IMG/VR virus record: IMGVR_UViG_3300028603_000024
Coordinates: 38,030-102,029 of that record
Strand: one strand, 5' to 3'
Source of the DNA: a virus
Lineage: Duplodnaviria; Caudoviricetes
DNA length: 64,000 bases
The position numbers and the translations under genes are program-made. The first letter of the stretch is position 1; each line of letters begins with the position of its first letter. The notes below the pieces were generated by a model that ran no database searches, was not told where the DNA came from, and saw only the letters and a list, made by a program, of their open reading frames with translations. Positions 43,245 through 52,190 of the stretch are shown piece by piece.

Positions 43245-45599
43245 CTAATTCAACTCCTTCGCCGGGGTCGGTAGAATACGCGACGTCCAATTTTTAACGA
43301 CCTCACCAAGAGTTCCACCGATATTCTTAGCCGTCGGAACCTTCGCAGCATCTGCTGCTTCCTCCGCGGAGGTTCGAGTCTGTTCGTCCCCCGCCCCAGC
43401 CGCGGCGGGCTGCAAGAACTGCGAGATCAGGTCAGGGCCGGCCACGGCGCCAGCGATAGCCCCGATACCCACTATGCCGCTTGTCAGCTTCTCGACCATG
43501 CCGCCGCCGCCGAACAACGCGTTGGCCAAGGCTAAGATGCCGCCGCCGGCAACCAGATATTTGAACAAGCCTCCGAACTGACCGTTCTGGGCCTGCTCCC
43601 AGGCCCCCTTTAGACCCTCGATAGAGAAGAAGCTTTTCAGTTGGTCACCCACCGCGGACCAGTCGCCGTTCATCACAGCCCCGGCTAAACCGCCCTGAGA
43701 AGCCATCATTGCTTTCCCCGCATCACTCTGTTTGACTTTGGCGAACAACGCAGCAGCTTGCTGTTTATACTCCTCGCTTTTCGGATCAAGCCCTTTCAAC
43801 GCCATAAAGCCCTGCACCAATTCCGCATCTTCTCCCGCAGCCAGCTTAATGATCTCATCTGGGGCGGCTTTAGCCACAAGCCCGGTGAGCCAGTTCTCGG
43901 CCGTTTTCGGATCCCCTAAGATCGCTTTGCGGGCCTCGGGATCCAGCTCCTTCAGGCCGTCAAGGACGGTTACCACGGTCTCATGACTGAAGTTGGCAAA
44001 TTTCGGGTCGTCCAAGATATCCGCGAAGTCCTCGCTATATTTGCGAACCTTCGCGATCGCCGCGGTACGATATTCTGGGTTGGTGCTGAATTCCGGATTT
44101 CGGAGCGTGGCGTCCAAATCGGCCATGACTCGTTGTTCCATCTTGCTTTTAACGCCCTCTACGCCGCCGCCGACAGCATCGCCGACGGCGTTAACGGCTC
44201 CTCTGACAGCGCCTCCTACCGCCTTGGCTCCGCCCCAGAGACCCCGTCCGACAGCCCCGGCCGCATCACCAACGGTATCGAGCCAATCTTTATTGTTTTC
44301 TTGGATGGCGGCAACGGACAGATCCCCATTGATCTGACTCAACCCCCGCCCGGACAAACGAGGATCATCAACCTTACGCTTAAACTGCGAGAACTCTTTC
44401 AGGGTCCACTGTCGCAGAGGCTTGCCAAACTGCCGCTCCGCCAATCTCATCTGATCCCCGAAACCGGCGGCGTTGACCTCGGCCACAAAACGGTCCATCT
44501 CAGCCCTGTTCTGCCCCGTCCACTTCGGGGCGTCCAAAGCCTCCGCCGTGAGGGGGTATCCTCTCTCATCCCGTTCCGCCGAATGCGTTTGCAAATAATT
44601 CTGTAGCTGTGAGGTTGTCCACCCCTTCGCAGCCTCCGGAAGAACGGTGCCGTTCTGGGTGTACATCTGCAGCGCGGCCTGCTCGTAGTCCGCGTCGTTC
44701 TGATACCATCGACCCTCACCCGGCAGAGGCGGCGAAGTTCCGCCGTATTTCGGGTTGTCGTGAGCGGCCATCCAGTCCGTTTTCCACTTCTCATAAGCCT
44801 CCCAATCGCCGGCAGCCAGGGAGGCGTCGGGTTCCACGCCTCGCATCCGCCAAAAGTCATGCTCCCGCACGGCTCGATGAAAGTTACGCCTCGCCTCAAA
44901 GTCCCTGTCGGGGTCGTCGGTACCCAGAACTGCGGGCACACCGGACTCTAACTCTTCTCGGGACCATCCTTGGGTCGACGGGGCCGGGACCGCAGCCGCA
45001 GGAGCCGGAGAGGCTGGGGCTTTTGGGGCCGCGGGAGCCGTCGCCGCAGGAGCCGGAGAGGCTGGGGCTCTTGGGGCCGCGGGAGCCGTCGCTGCAGGAG
45101 CCGGAGAGGCTGGGGCTCTTGGGACCGAGGCCGGAGAGGCAGCTCGCGGGGGCACAACCGGCGCCGGTGGGGCGGTCGGTTTTTTCTTGCCCACCGTAGC
45201 ACCCGGGGCCGGTCCGATGGTCGTGGGCTGCGGCGGCTTAAGTCCTTGGGGTCTACGGCTGAGGGGGTTGAGACGAGACAGATCATCCCAAGTACCGGCC
45301 CCCTTAGTCATCTGCAGAAACATCGCGACCTTCAAAATGTCGGGACGGTCTCCCAGCGGAGCAGCAGTCATACGACCCTCCAGCAACTTTCGACCGATTG
45401 AATATTTCCGCAACCGGCCTCGAATTTCCCGAGCCGTATCCCGCGATTGCTGCAGCTTCTGCACCGCCCGTTCTATACCCCCGAGGGATCGAGAATCCAC
45501 GGCCAGCCCTAAGCTCTCGGAAACCTGTCGCAGCGCTTGCAGGGCCTGCTCGGTCTTGTTGATCTCTTGCTCTGCGCGTCGAATAGCTTTTACACTCAT
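43245..45599 (-). CDS. large putative internal virion protein with a Pro/Ala linker and C-terminal hydrophobic hairpin
   Basis: Likely start MSVKAIRR at 45599 (track start 45671); KVAM, KGAG. Confidence 0.55.
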   Translation of the reverse strand: MSVKAIRRAEQEINKTEQALQALRQVSESLGLAVDSRSLGGIERAVQKLQQSRDTAREIRGRLRKYSIGRKLLEGRMTAAPLGDRPDILKVAMFLQMTKGAGTWDDLSRLNPLSRRPQGLKPPQPTTIGPAPGATVGKKKPTAPPAPVVPPRAASPASVPRAPASPAPAATAPAAPRAPASPAPAATAPAAPKAPASPAPAAAVPAPSTQGWSREELESGVPAVLGTDDPDRDFEARRNFHRAVREHDFWRMRGVEPDASLAAGDWEAYEKWKTDWMAAHDNPKYGGTSPPLPGEGRWYQNDADYEQAALQMYTQNGTVLPEAAKGWTTSQLQNYLQTHSAERDERGYPLTAEALDAPKWTGQNRAEMDRFVAEVNAAGFGDQMRLAERQFGKPLRQWTLKEFSQFKRKVDDPRLSGRGLSQINGDLSVAAIQENNKDWLDTVGDAAGAVGRGLWGGAKAVGGAVRGAVNAVGDAVGGGVEGVKSKMEQRVMADLDATLRNPEFSTNPEYRTAAIAKVRKYSEDFADILDDPKFANFSHETVVTVLDGLKELDPEARKAILGDPKTAENWLTGLVAKAAPDEIIKLAAGEDAELVQGFMALKGLDPKSEEYKQQAAALFAKVKQSDAGKAMMASQGGLAGAVMNGDWSAVGDQLKSFFSIEGLKGAWEQAQNGQFGGLFKYLVAGGGILALANALFGGGGMVEKLTSGIVGIGAIAGAVAGPDLISQFLQPAAAGAGDEQTRTSAEEAADAAKVPTAKNIGGTLGEVVKNWTSRILPTPAKELN
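44998..45123. repeat. 48-bp near-perfect tandem repeat, about 2.6 copies (APASPAPAATAPAAPR/K)
   Basis: gcaggagccggagaggctggggc recurs every 48 bp. Confidence 0.9.
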
Positions 45600-45600
45600 T

Positions 45601-47187
45601 TTATTTTCCCCGTCGTTTCGGTTTACTCGCAAGGAGCCGGTCACGGTATGTTGGCGATCCGGAAGGAACAAACGTCGAGATAAACTCTTCCCCGAGTCGC
45701 GGCGTGTTCCGGGCCAACCCGGCGTTCCTTCGTACCTCTGCCCGCATATCGGCTCGTTCCCGCAGTATCTTTGACATCTCGGCTCCGACGTCTAAGGGGT
45801 TAAGTATAGCGGATCCCGCGATTCCAAAACGGTCGCCCAGGCCGGGACGGACGCCGGGTCGGAAACCCTCCCGCCACTTATTTTCTGCGGCATCGTAACC
45901 CTGCGTTACCGCTCGTCGCACCTCGTCTCCGGCGACCCACGGGTTATTATGTCCCCCGAGAGCCGCCGCGCCGGCGCCGGCAAAACCGGAGAGACCGGCC
46001 AGTATCTCGGAACCACTATCCTTGAAGTACTGAGCCGTCGCGGCGGGGGCAGCTACGGGATCGGTCAGAAGCCCTAGATCAACCAGCGTGGAAGCCAGCG
46101 CCGTCGGCGCCTGTGCATTTCGAGCTTGGTTGTACATCTCCCGAGCCTTCGCATCGGCGCGAGCCTGCCAATTTTCAGCTACGTTCCCGAGACTCTGGAC
46201 GGCAGCTAAGGGTACTCCGCCCTCCTCGTAAGCCGTTGCCGTTGCCGGATTAAAAATACCCTCCGAGGCGTCGAGACCCAAACTGAAGGCGGCATTACCT
46301 CTTCGAATAGCCTTACCCCAAGACCTCAAACGGGTCAACCGACTACCTTCTCTTATCTTTTTAGCCCCTTGCCCCCAAGTCGCCAGCCTTCGCCATACTG
46401 CATTTGTGCTGCCTTGAGCAATTTTTCGTTCCGCGTATCTCGCGGCGGCAACGGCTGGGTTCAACCGAGTACGGCCGAGGTTAGCAACTACGGCTTGCGG
46501 CTCAAGCAGCGTGTCCCCTATTACCTGGTCCACGGTATTCACCACGCCTTGCCCGGTTTGAACCGCACGGCTCACACGTTCGGCGTCTTCGTCGTGGTCC
46601 CCCAGATGAGCCGCGATATCCTTGTTTCCCAGCCCCAGGCTCATACGAGCCCAAGCGTCAACTAACCCTTGCCGGCCCTGATCCCACGCCGGCAGCATAG
46701 TCCCGAGATGAAAGATCGATTGCCCACCGGCCGCGGAAACGTCGCTTAGGGCGGGCGCTGAAGCCAGGGACGGCAGCGAAGGGGCTTCAGCGGTCAAGGT
46801 AGTAACGGGAAGCTTGGAACGAGGGTCGCTGACGTAATAAACGACGTTACCATCCTTGGTCTGCCGCGGTGCTACCATGTAGCCCAATTGCTGCGCTCGG
46901 ATAATTGAGCGCAGCAGCGGCTCCTGTTGCCGCATCATCACCTCCGCGGTTGTTTCCGGAACTCCAGCCTCGGTCAACTCCTTGCGGTATTTCGCCAGCT
47001 CCGTCGTTACGGCCTTCTCTACGTTCAAGGGGCCGACGCCGTTTAGCGCGTCCGTTAACCGCAGCAGGCTGGGCAACGCCGCAATACTCGCGGTTCCCAC
47101 ATGAGGACTTCGGACACCTACCCGAGGAGCCAGGACGGGAGCCGACCATGCCGCGGCGGCTGGGATGCCGGGAGATATATCCGCCAT
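45601..47187 (-). CDS. hypothetical Ala/Gly-rich protein (head module)
   Basis: 528 aa, start overlaps the stop of the upstream gene. Confidence 0.55.
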   Translation of the reverse strand: MADISPGIPAAAAWSAPVLAPRVGVRSPHVGTASIAALPSLLRLTDALNGVGPLNVEKAVTTELAKYRKELTEAGVPETTAEVMMRQQEPLLRSIIRAQQLGYMVAPRQTKDGNVVYYVSDPRSKLPVTTLTAEAPSLPSLASAPALSDVSAAGGQSIFHLGTMLPAWDQGRQGLVDAWARMSLGLGNKDIAAHLGDHDEDAERVSRAVQTGQGVVNTVDQVIGDTLLEPQAVVANLGRTRLNPAVAAARYAERKIAQGSTNAVWRRLATWGQGAKKIREGSRLTRLRSWGKAIRRGNAAFSLGLDASEGIFNPATATAYEEGGVPLAAVQSLGNVAENWQARADAKAREMYNQARNAQAPTALASTLVDLGLLTDPVAAPAATAQYFKDSGSEILAGLSGFAGAGAAALGGHNNPWVAGDEVRRAVTQGYDAAENKWREGFRPGVRPGLGDRFGIAGSAILNPLDVGAEMSKILRERADMRAEVRRNAGLARNTPRLGEEFISTFVPSGSPTYRDRLLASKPKRRGK

Positions 47188-47672
47188 TACACCTTCCCCT
47201 CTTTTATCAGTATTCGATCCAGCCGCTGCTTTACGCCGCCGCGACTTGCCACTCGGTTGATTCGTTGTAATACCGGCTCAGCCGCAGCAGCATCCTCCCT
47301 CTTCGCCGCTTGGAGTCCGCTGGTCACCGCCGACAAGACGGCACCAGCACTTCGAGCTCTGCTGTAGAATAACCACGCAACGCCCCCGAGGAGAGCACAG
47401 AGTAAAGTGGAGATTACGATAGCTAAAATAAGGACATAGGCGGCGCCGCCGCTGAAGGCCCCCACGTTCTGCTGACCGTCGAGCCTTGCGACCTCCTGTT
47501 GCACTCGAGCTGTAGCCATCTCTGCGGTCATCTGGGTCGAAATCTCTGCCTCTATCCTGCCCTCGAGCCTTTCGATCTGGGCCTTAAAAAAATTGGCATC
47601 CTCCTGAGGGCCGCAACCGGAGCCGATGAGAATGACGGCGATAGTCATTGAGCTCAGTAATACGGTTTTCAT
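47187..47672 (-). CDS. lipoprotein with a coiled coil and transmembrane helix (u-spanin-like architecture)
   Basis: MKTVLLSSMTIAVILIGSG-C lipobox, helical linker, TM AYVLILAIVISTLLCALLGGVAWLF. Confidence 0.5.
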   Translation of the reverse strand: MKTVLLSSMTIAVILIGSGCGPQEDANFFKAQIERLEGRIEAEISTQMTAEMATARVQQEVARLDGQQNVGAFSGGAAYVLILAIVISTLLCALLGGVAWLFYSRARSAGAVLSAVTSGLQAAKREDAAAAEPVLQRINRVASRGGVKQRLDRILIKEGKV

Positions 47673-48283
47673 ACCACCACCTCTTTAGCGGTTTCAACTT
47701 CCACGAGGCGGGCGTAGCGGCGAAGATGTACGCCGACTTCGTTATCCATAAACTTTAGATCCGTGAACTGTAGGCCGATGGCGGCAACGCAAAATCCGCC
47801 GCGGTAGATGGGCAGAACCAGGCAAGCGGTGACACAGCTCTGTTCCAGCAGACTCCGGAAGGCGCTGTCCGGAAGATCCGCCGTCCTGTAAGGCTCGGCG
47901 TCATTCTTCAGCAGTAGCTGCATCCAGGTGGAGAACAAGCTGATAGGCAAGTTTTGCATGTATAGCTGCTCGTGCGATATGCCGGGGGCACAGGCTTCGT
48001 GCATGCAGCTGATCTTCTTCATGCTCTGCCCATCCAGGAACTTACCGCCGTTATGGAACTGATACACGTGAGCCCGGGCCGCAGCCGTTACCGACCGCAG
48101 CTCCTGCACCAGGGAGTGCAGGCGCTGGTCGATCTGCGTGACGACCTCTAATGGAACAGGTCGGGGCTCTACCGCGGGTTTGGCAGCTTTCCGACCACGA
48201 CTGTAGGCAACGATCGCAGAAATCGCACCGCAGACCAAGGTTCCGACCGTATAACCTATTGCTGCCCAGTCGAACTGTAACAT
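47669..48283 (-). CDS. N-terminal TM plus GAF-like domain (T4 T-type holin-like)
   Basis: TM at aa 7-27; RAHVYQFHNGGKF..G.SMKKISCMHE; C-terminal CLVLPI...AAIGLQF GAF strands. Confidence 0.55.
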   Translation of the reverse strand: MLQFDWAAIGYTVGTLVCGAISAIVAYSRGRKAAKPAVEPRPVPLEVVTQIDQRLHSLVQELRSVTAAARAHVYQFHNGGKFLDGQSMKKISCMHEACAPGISHEQLYMQNLPISLFSTWMQLLLKNDAEPYRTADLPDSAFRSLLEQSCVTACLVLPIYRGGFCVAAIGLQFTDLKFMDNEVGVHLRRYARLVEVETAKEVVV

Positions 48284-48301
48284 TAAAGAACTCCAATTAC
48301 G

Positions 48302-50071
48302 CTACGCAGGTTGTGTAAACTGGGCGGCATCCGTACCTCGCTGCTGCCGCATCCTATCCATGGCTTGAACAACGGCGTCGTGCAACAAAGAATCTTCGTT
48401 TCTCAACTGTGTTAATTGCGGTCGTCGTTGCTCCGGCGGTTGCTGCAACAGCTCGCCGGCGATCTGCTCTGCTCGCGCCAAGATGTCATCCGGTCGCTGC
48501 GGTGTATTACTTAAGGTGCCCGGCCCTGTCATACCGCCACCACCGGCCTCAGTAGGCTGTTGCTGCTGCGACGCCAAACTGTTGACGGCGGACAAGTTCT
48601 GCGTCGCCGCATCCTGCCGCATCGCGGCAACGTCGGCATCGGTCTGCATATCGATCTGCTCTCTGACCATCTCCCGATTTTCGGTTACCGGGTCAAGCTT
48701 AAGCGGTCCGAGGCCGGTACGGCCGCTGATCCGACCGTTCATGTAGAGGTCCAGCAATATCTGTCGCAATTCGATGTCATCCGCCGCGGTAACGGATTCC
48801 ATGCTCAGCTGAGGCTTCTTCCACCGCAGCAGTCTGCTGAAAGTGTCAGCGACCCAGCCTAGGGTGGCGTCGTAACCGGAAACAAGTTCCGCCCAAGTGC
48901 GTTCCATGAGCCGCAGGGTGGGGGCGAACATTCGCTCGTTTTTGAAGCTGCCTACAAAGAAATCAACCGGGATACCCAAGCCGCTCAACAACTGTTCCAT
49001 TACTTGATTCTGGATCTCGTGGGTTGCCAGCTGCATACCTTCGCCACCCCAGGCAGAATATTGAATCGGCACCGGGAAGGTATGGATGGCTGCCGGATCT
49101 CGTTTCCAAGCCGCAACCATGCCAGTCAGCTTATGAGACAAGGACTCCATGTTAACGCCCATCGAGGGGTCGAGCTCAGCGGCAGCCCGAGGCCCCGGGG
49201 TCAGGGACCGCAGCGGGGTGGAATACTCCATGCCCAGCACCATGTTTAGTCGCTGGAGTACCTGGCCGTGGTAAGCCTGCCTGAAATTGGCCATAGCCCG
49301 TGGCAGCCCCAAGCCTCGCGTATTAACGCCGGCCAAGGGAGTGTCTTGGAGGTGGAAGATATATTCGGGGTGTAGCCGTAACGGCCGACGATCTACGGCG
49401 CACTGCACGAACTCCCAAGGGGTATCCTCGAGGACGTCGGGGTCGCCTTGTCGTATCGGCTCGGCGTCATCGTTAGGCAGCACGTGACGATAAACATTTT
49501 TACCCGTCACCCCATTGTGCTTGACCCGCATCGTGTGCGGATTCCAGATACGGATACCTACAGCATCGGAAGTCATCGGCCGCAAGTCAATCCTCTCGAG
49601 CGGGCCGCGACCGCCGCAACGGGGGCAGCGGCGGGTCGAAAACGTCAGTTTATCAAACTTATAATCCCACTGAGACAGCGGCGCCGTCTGCCCGCATTGC
49701 CGGCATCGTAGCATGCGAGCAACCGACATTTGCGGACTCATCATGACGTTGCCGTAAGCCAGGTTATTACGGCCTACGTTACACATGAAACGATTGATGT
49801 GGAAGGTATTCTCGAGGAAGTCCAGCCAACGCTCGGTCTCCGCCTTATCCAGGCCGTCTACTTTGACCCGGGTAACAAAAAACGCAGATACCCGGGTCAG
49901 GGCCTGGCTGTAGATGCCGTTGGCATACCACAGTAACTCACAGAACCGAAATATCTCGTTGATATCGTTCGGCAAAGCATGGGAGGCAGGATCCAGCCAG
50001 GGGCTGGGGAATACGCCTGCCGTGCCTTGTTTCTCGGCTGTTGCCGGATCTACTTGATTAAAAATGGTCAT
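48302..50071 (-). CDS. portal protein with a Zn-ribbon insert
   Basis: 589 aa; NNLAYGNVM, IFHLQD..LAG...GLGLP and LLSGLGIPVDF patterns; CRQC/CPRC insert; heads the head module. Confidence 0.75.
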   Translation of the reverse strand: MTIFNQVDPATAEKQGTAGVFPSPWLDPASHALPNDINEIFRFCELLWYANGIYSQALTRVSAFFVTRVKVDGLDKAETERWLDFLENTFHINRFMCNVGRNNLAYGNVMMSPQMSVARMLRCRQCGQTAPLSQWDYKFDKLTFSTRRCPRCGGRGPLERIDLRPMTSDAVGIRIWNPHTMRVKHNGVTGKNVYRHVLPNDDAEPIRQGDPDVLEDTPWEFVQCAVDRRPLRLHPEYIFHLQDTPLAGVNTRGLGLPRAMANFRQAYHGQVLQRLNMVLGMEYSTPLRSLTPGPRAAAELDPSMGVNMESLSHKLTGMVAAWKRDPAAIHTFPVPIQYSAWGGEGMQLATHEIQNQVMEQLLSGLGIPVDFFVGSFKNERMFAPTLRLMERTWAELVSGYDATLGWVADTFSRLLRWKKPQLSMESVTAADDIELRQILLDLYMNGRISGRTGLGPLKLDPVTENREMVREQIDMQTDADVAAMRQDAATQNLSAVNSLASQQQQPTEAGGGGMTGPGTLSNTPQRPDDILARAEQIAGELLQQPPEQRRPQLTQLRNEDSLLHDAVVQAMDRMRQQRGTDAAQFTQPA

Positions 50072-50116
50072 GGCGTCCCTGCACTCGACCCGGTTAATGC
50101 TTCCCCGACAATCACT

Positions 50117-50146
50117 ATTATACAGTATGTTGAAAAATAACGGCTA
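50117..50146 (-). promoter_or_regulatory. probable portal promoter (TAGCCG-N18-TATAAT)
   Basis: Perfect TATAAT about 45 nt upstream of the portal ATG, in an AT-rich gap. Confidence 0.5.
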
Positions 50147-50323
50147 CACAGCCGAGGGAGGGTCGTCTTGCGGCAAGCACATCTGTCTACGCGCCTCTTT
50201 TTCTGTCGCAATTTTTCGGGTATGCTCCCGGCACAGAGGGCAGCCGAAATCAACATTCGAAGCTAACCGGCCGCAACTGCACCGAGATACGCCGGTCTCC
50301 ACTTTGCCGCGTTTAATGGTCAT
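50144..50323 (-). CDS. 59-aa Zn-finger microprotein (not in the ORF track)
   Basis: Own translation MTIKRGKVETGVSRCSCGRLASNVDFGCPLCREHTRKIATEKEARRQMCLPQDDPPSAV*; fills the gap before the portal. Confidence 0.5.
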   Translation of the reverse strand: MTIKRGKVETGVSRCSCGRLASNVDFGCPLCREHTRKIATEKEARRQMCLPQDDPPSAV

Positions 50324-50357
50324 GCCTACTACTTTCTGGGACTCCGGGGAGTCCCGG

Positions 50358-50867
50358 TTAATCCTGCGTGAAGCTATTCAGGGCGGTCCAAACGTAGCCG
50401 TCCCGTACCCAAGTGAGCCCGGCGTAGAGGACGTTAAATTTCAACGTCGTCTCCTCCTCGGCGTCGAATATCTCCAATCGAAACTCCCCGTCATCGAGGT
50501 CCACGACGGGATCCGCGGCGCGGGCGCCCAGGATAATACCCCGACCGGGCAAAATAATAACAACCGGATAAACGGCTCGCACGCGAGCCGGTCCGATGTG
50601 AAACACAACTTTAGTAAGCGAGGCATTAGTCGCCTCCGAGGCCCCCGCCGAGGCCGGCGGCGGGGTTGGAGCCGGCGGGGAAGAGTCCTGAGTCAGAAGC
50701 GTTTTTGCCGTCACAGGGGCCTCCGGCGGGACCAACGCATCGTCGGGAGGCCCGTGAACGTCAACCCCGCCCATCTTTACGTCGGCTACGATACTGGGCT
50801 CCAGCAATTTTTCACCACTCTGCGGTCCGCTCACGATAGGTATCGGCGTCATCGGATCTCCTGCCAT
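50358..50867 (-). CDS. hypothetical protein
   Basis: 169 aa, Pro-rich N-terminus and beta-rich C-terminus. Confidence 0.55.
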   Translation of the reverse strand: MAGDPMTPIPIVSGPQSGEKLLEPSIVADVKMGGVDVHGPPDDALVPPEAPVTAKTLLTQDSSPPAPTPPPASAGASEATNASLTKVVFHIGPARVRAVYPVVIILPGRGIILGARAADPVVDLDDGEFRLEIFDAEEETTLKFNVLYAGLTWVRDGYVWTALNSFTQD

Positions 50868-50993
50868 TCGGTTACCTGCCTTCCAGGACTTGGGGCCATA
50901 TGAATCTGATTCACAGCTAAAACTGCAACACTGTCTCTCAGTGTAAACCGTCCTTGAGAATACTACAACAAGCCAGAAGCATCTCTGATAGCT

Positions 50994-51022
50994 AAAAAAA
51001 AGGCGGGGGTTTTACCCCCCGC
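50994..51022 (-). terminator. intrinsic terminator separating the accessory and head regions
   Basis: GCGGGGG/CCCCCGC stem followed by an 8-T run. Confidence 0.8.
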
Positions 51023-51038
51023 TGTAAGAATCGCGACA

Positions 51039-52067
51039 TCAACCCAGCAGAACGTCGGTCTGATTCAGCTCAGCTCCCCAGTGGCTGCTGAGTTCCTGCA
51101 GACTGGCTACGGAGGGCTGTTGGTCCATCTCCAAGCGGCTTTTGATGATCGCTCGGTTCATGGCTCGTCGGTTGCCGGCAAACCACAGCTGTAGTCGAAG
51201 TACCTCAGGCTTCTGCTCAACAAGAGCAAGACCCCGGAAGACATCCTTCAACCCCGTACGACCCAAGGAGTCGGCAACATTGGCGTAATCCCGGTAAGTG
51301 GCATCCAGTTGGTAAACGCGAGCCGAGGCGAGTTGGACGCGAACGTCGGTGACACCCTCCAGGGTGCGGAACAGCTTCAGGGGGATGCAAACAAACTCGC
51401 CGTAACTCTTCGATAGCAACGACAACAAGTTACCGGCGATCTCCTGCAACGCTAACCTGTCCTGCTCCCCGCCGTCCTGCAGGATCAACTTGTAGAACTC
51501 TTTCCACTCATGCGCCTGCGCCTGCGTGATGTATTCACGCCAATTGCCGTAGCTCGGCAAGGCTGCCAGTATCTCGGCGGCAACGGCTGCTTTATTGAGC
51601 ACCGCCGTCCTCGCCTGGTCCAGTATCTCGGCGACATCCATGTTAAGTTCCGACAGTTGAGAGCGATGCACCACAGCCGCCAGGGGCAAGCCGGGGTAAA
51701 CGGGAACGTCTTCGGCTTCCTCGATAAGTGCCAGATGCTGATCGATAATCTCCCGAATTACACCCCTGGGGCGACTCCAATCACGATCAACGCCTTCCAC
51801 CCAATGCGGATTCCAGGTTGCGGCTTGACGGCCTCCGAGGGCTTTATTATAGACGTCGTCGAGAATAACCGGCTCACCCGGCAATCTCTGCCCTGCCCAG
51901 AATCGCGTGGACATATGCAGGGTGCGAGACATCCCACGACCCACCGCTATTGTGTGAAACGGCGCGGTGACATAGATATTGGCGGAATTCAAGCTGATCC
52001 AGCCCCCGTCAGGGGCGTCCCCAAGGAACATGCGATCCGGGCTGACAGCGATAACGAACTTATGCAT
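51039..52067 (-). CDS. hypothetical protein
   Basis: 342 aa, GGAGGAG RBS, followed by a terminator. Confidence 0.7.
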   Translation of the reverse strand: MHKFVIAVSPDRMFLGDAPDGGWISLNSANIYVTAPFHTIAVGRGMSRTLHMSTRFWAGQRLPGEPVILDDVYNKALGGRQAATWNPHWVEGVDRDWSRPRGVIREIIDQHLALIEEAEDVPVYPGLPLAAVVHRSQLSELNMDVAEILDQARTAVLNKAAVAAEILAALPSYGNWREYITQAQAHEWKEFYKLILQDGGEQDRLALQEIAGNLLSLLSKSYGEFVCIPLKLFRTLEGVTDVRVQLASARVYQLDATYRDYANVADSLGRTGLKDVFRGLALVEQKPEVLRLQLWFAGNRRAMNRAIIKSRLEMDQQPSVASLQELSSHWGAELNQTDVLLG

Positions 52068-52139
52068 GGCAAATCTCCTCCACGTAAAAGGTATATGCGG
52101 ACAAGCCGCCCGCGCATCGAAACGGAAGTTAAAGATAAT

Positions 52140-52164
52140 GCTGGAGCGGCCCCGCCGCTCCAGC
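52140..52164 (-). terminator. 11-bp hairpin, terminator-like
   Basis: GCTGGAGCGGC-GGG-GCCGCTCCAGC followed by ATTATCTTT. Confidence 0.5.
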
Positions 52165-52190
52165 CTCCTTTAACTCGGGGGTGTAAAATT

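Noticed and set aside
50068-50256. 62-aa minus ORF in the track
   Set aside because: It crosses the portal promoter; the alternative frame 50144..50323 has an ATG and a Zn motif.
50064-50903. 279-aa plus-strand ORF
   Set aside because: Antisense to two coherent minus-strand ORFs and a promoter; Arg-rich shadow composition.
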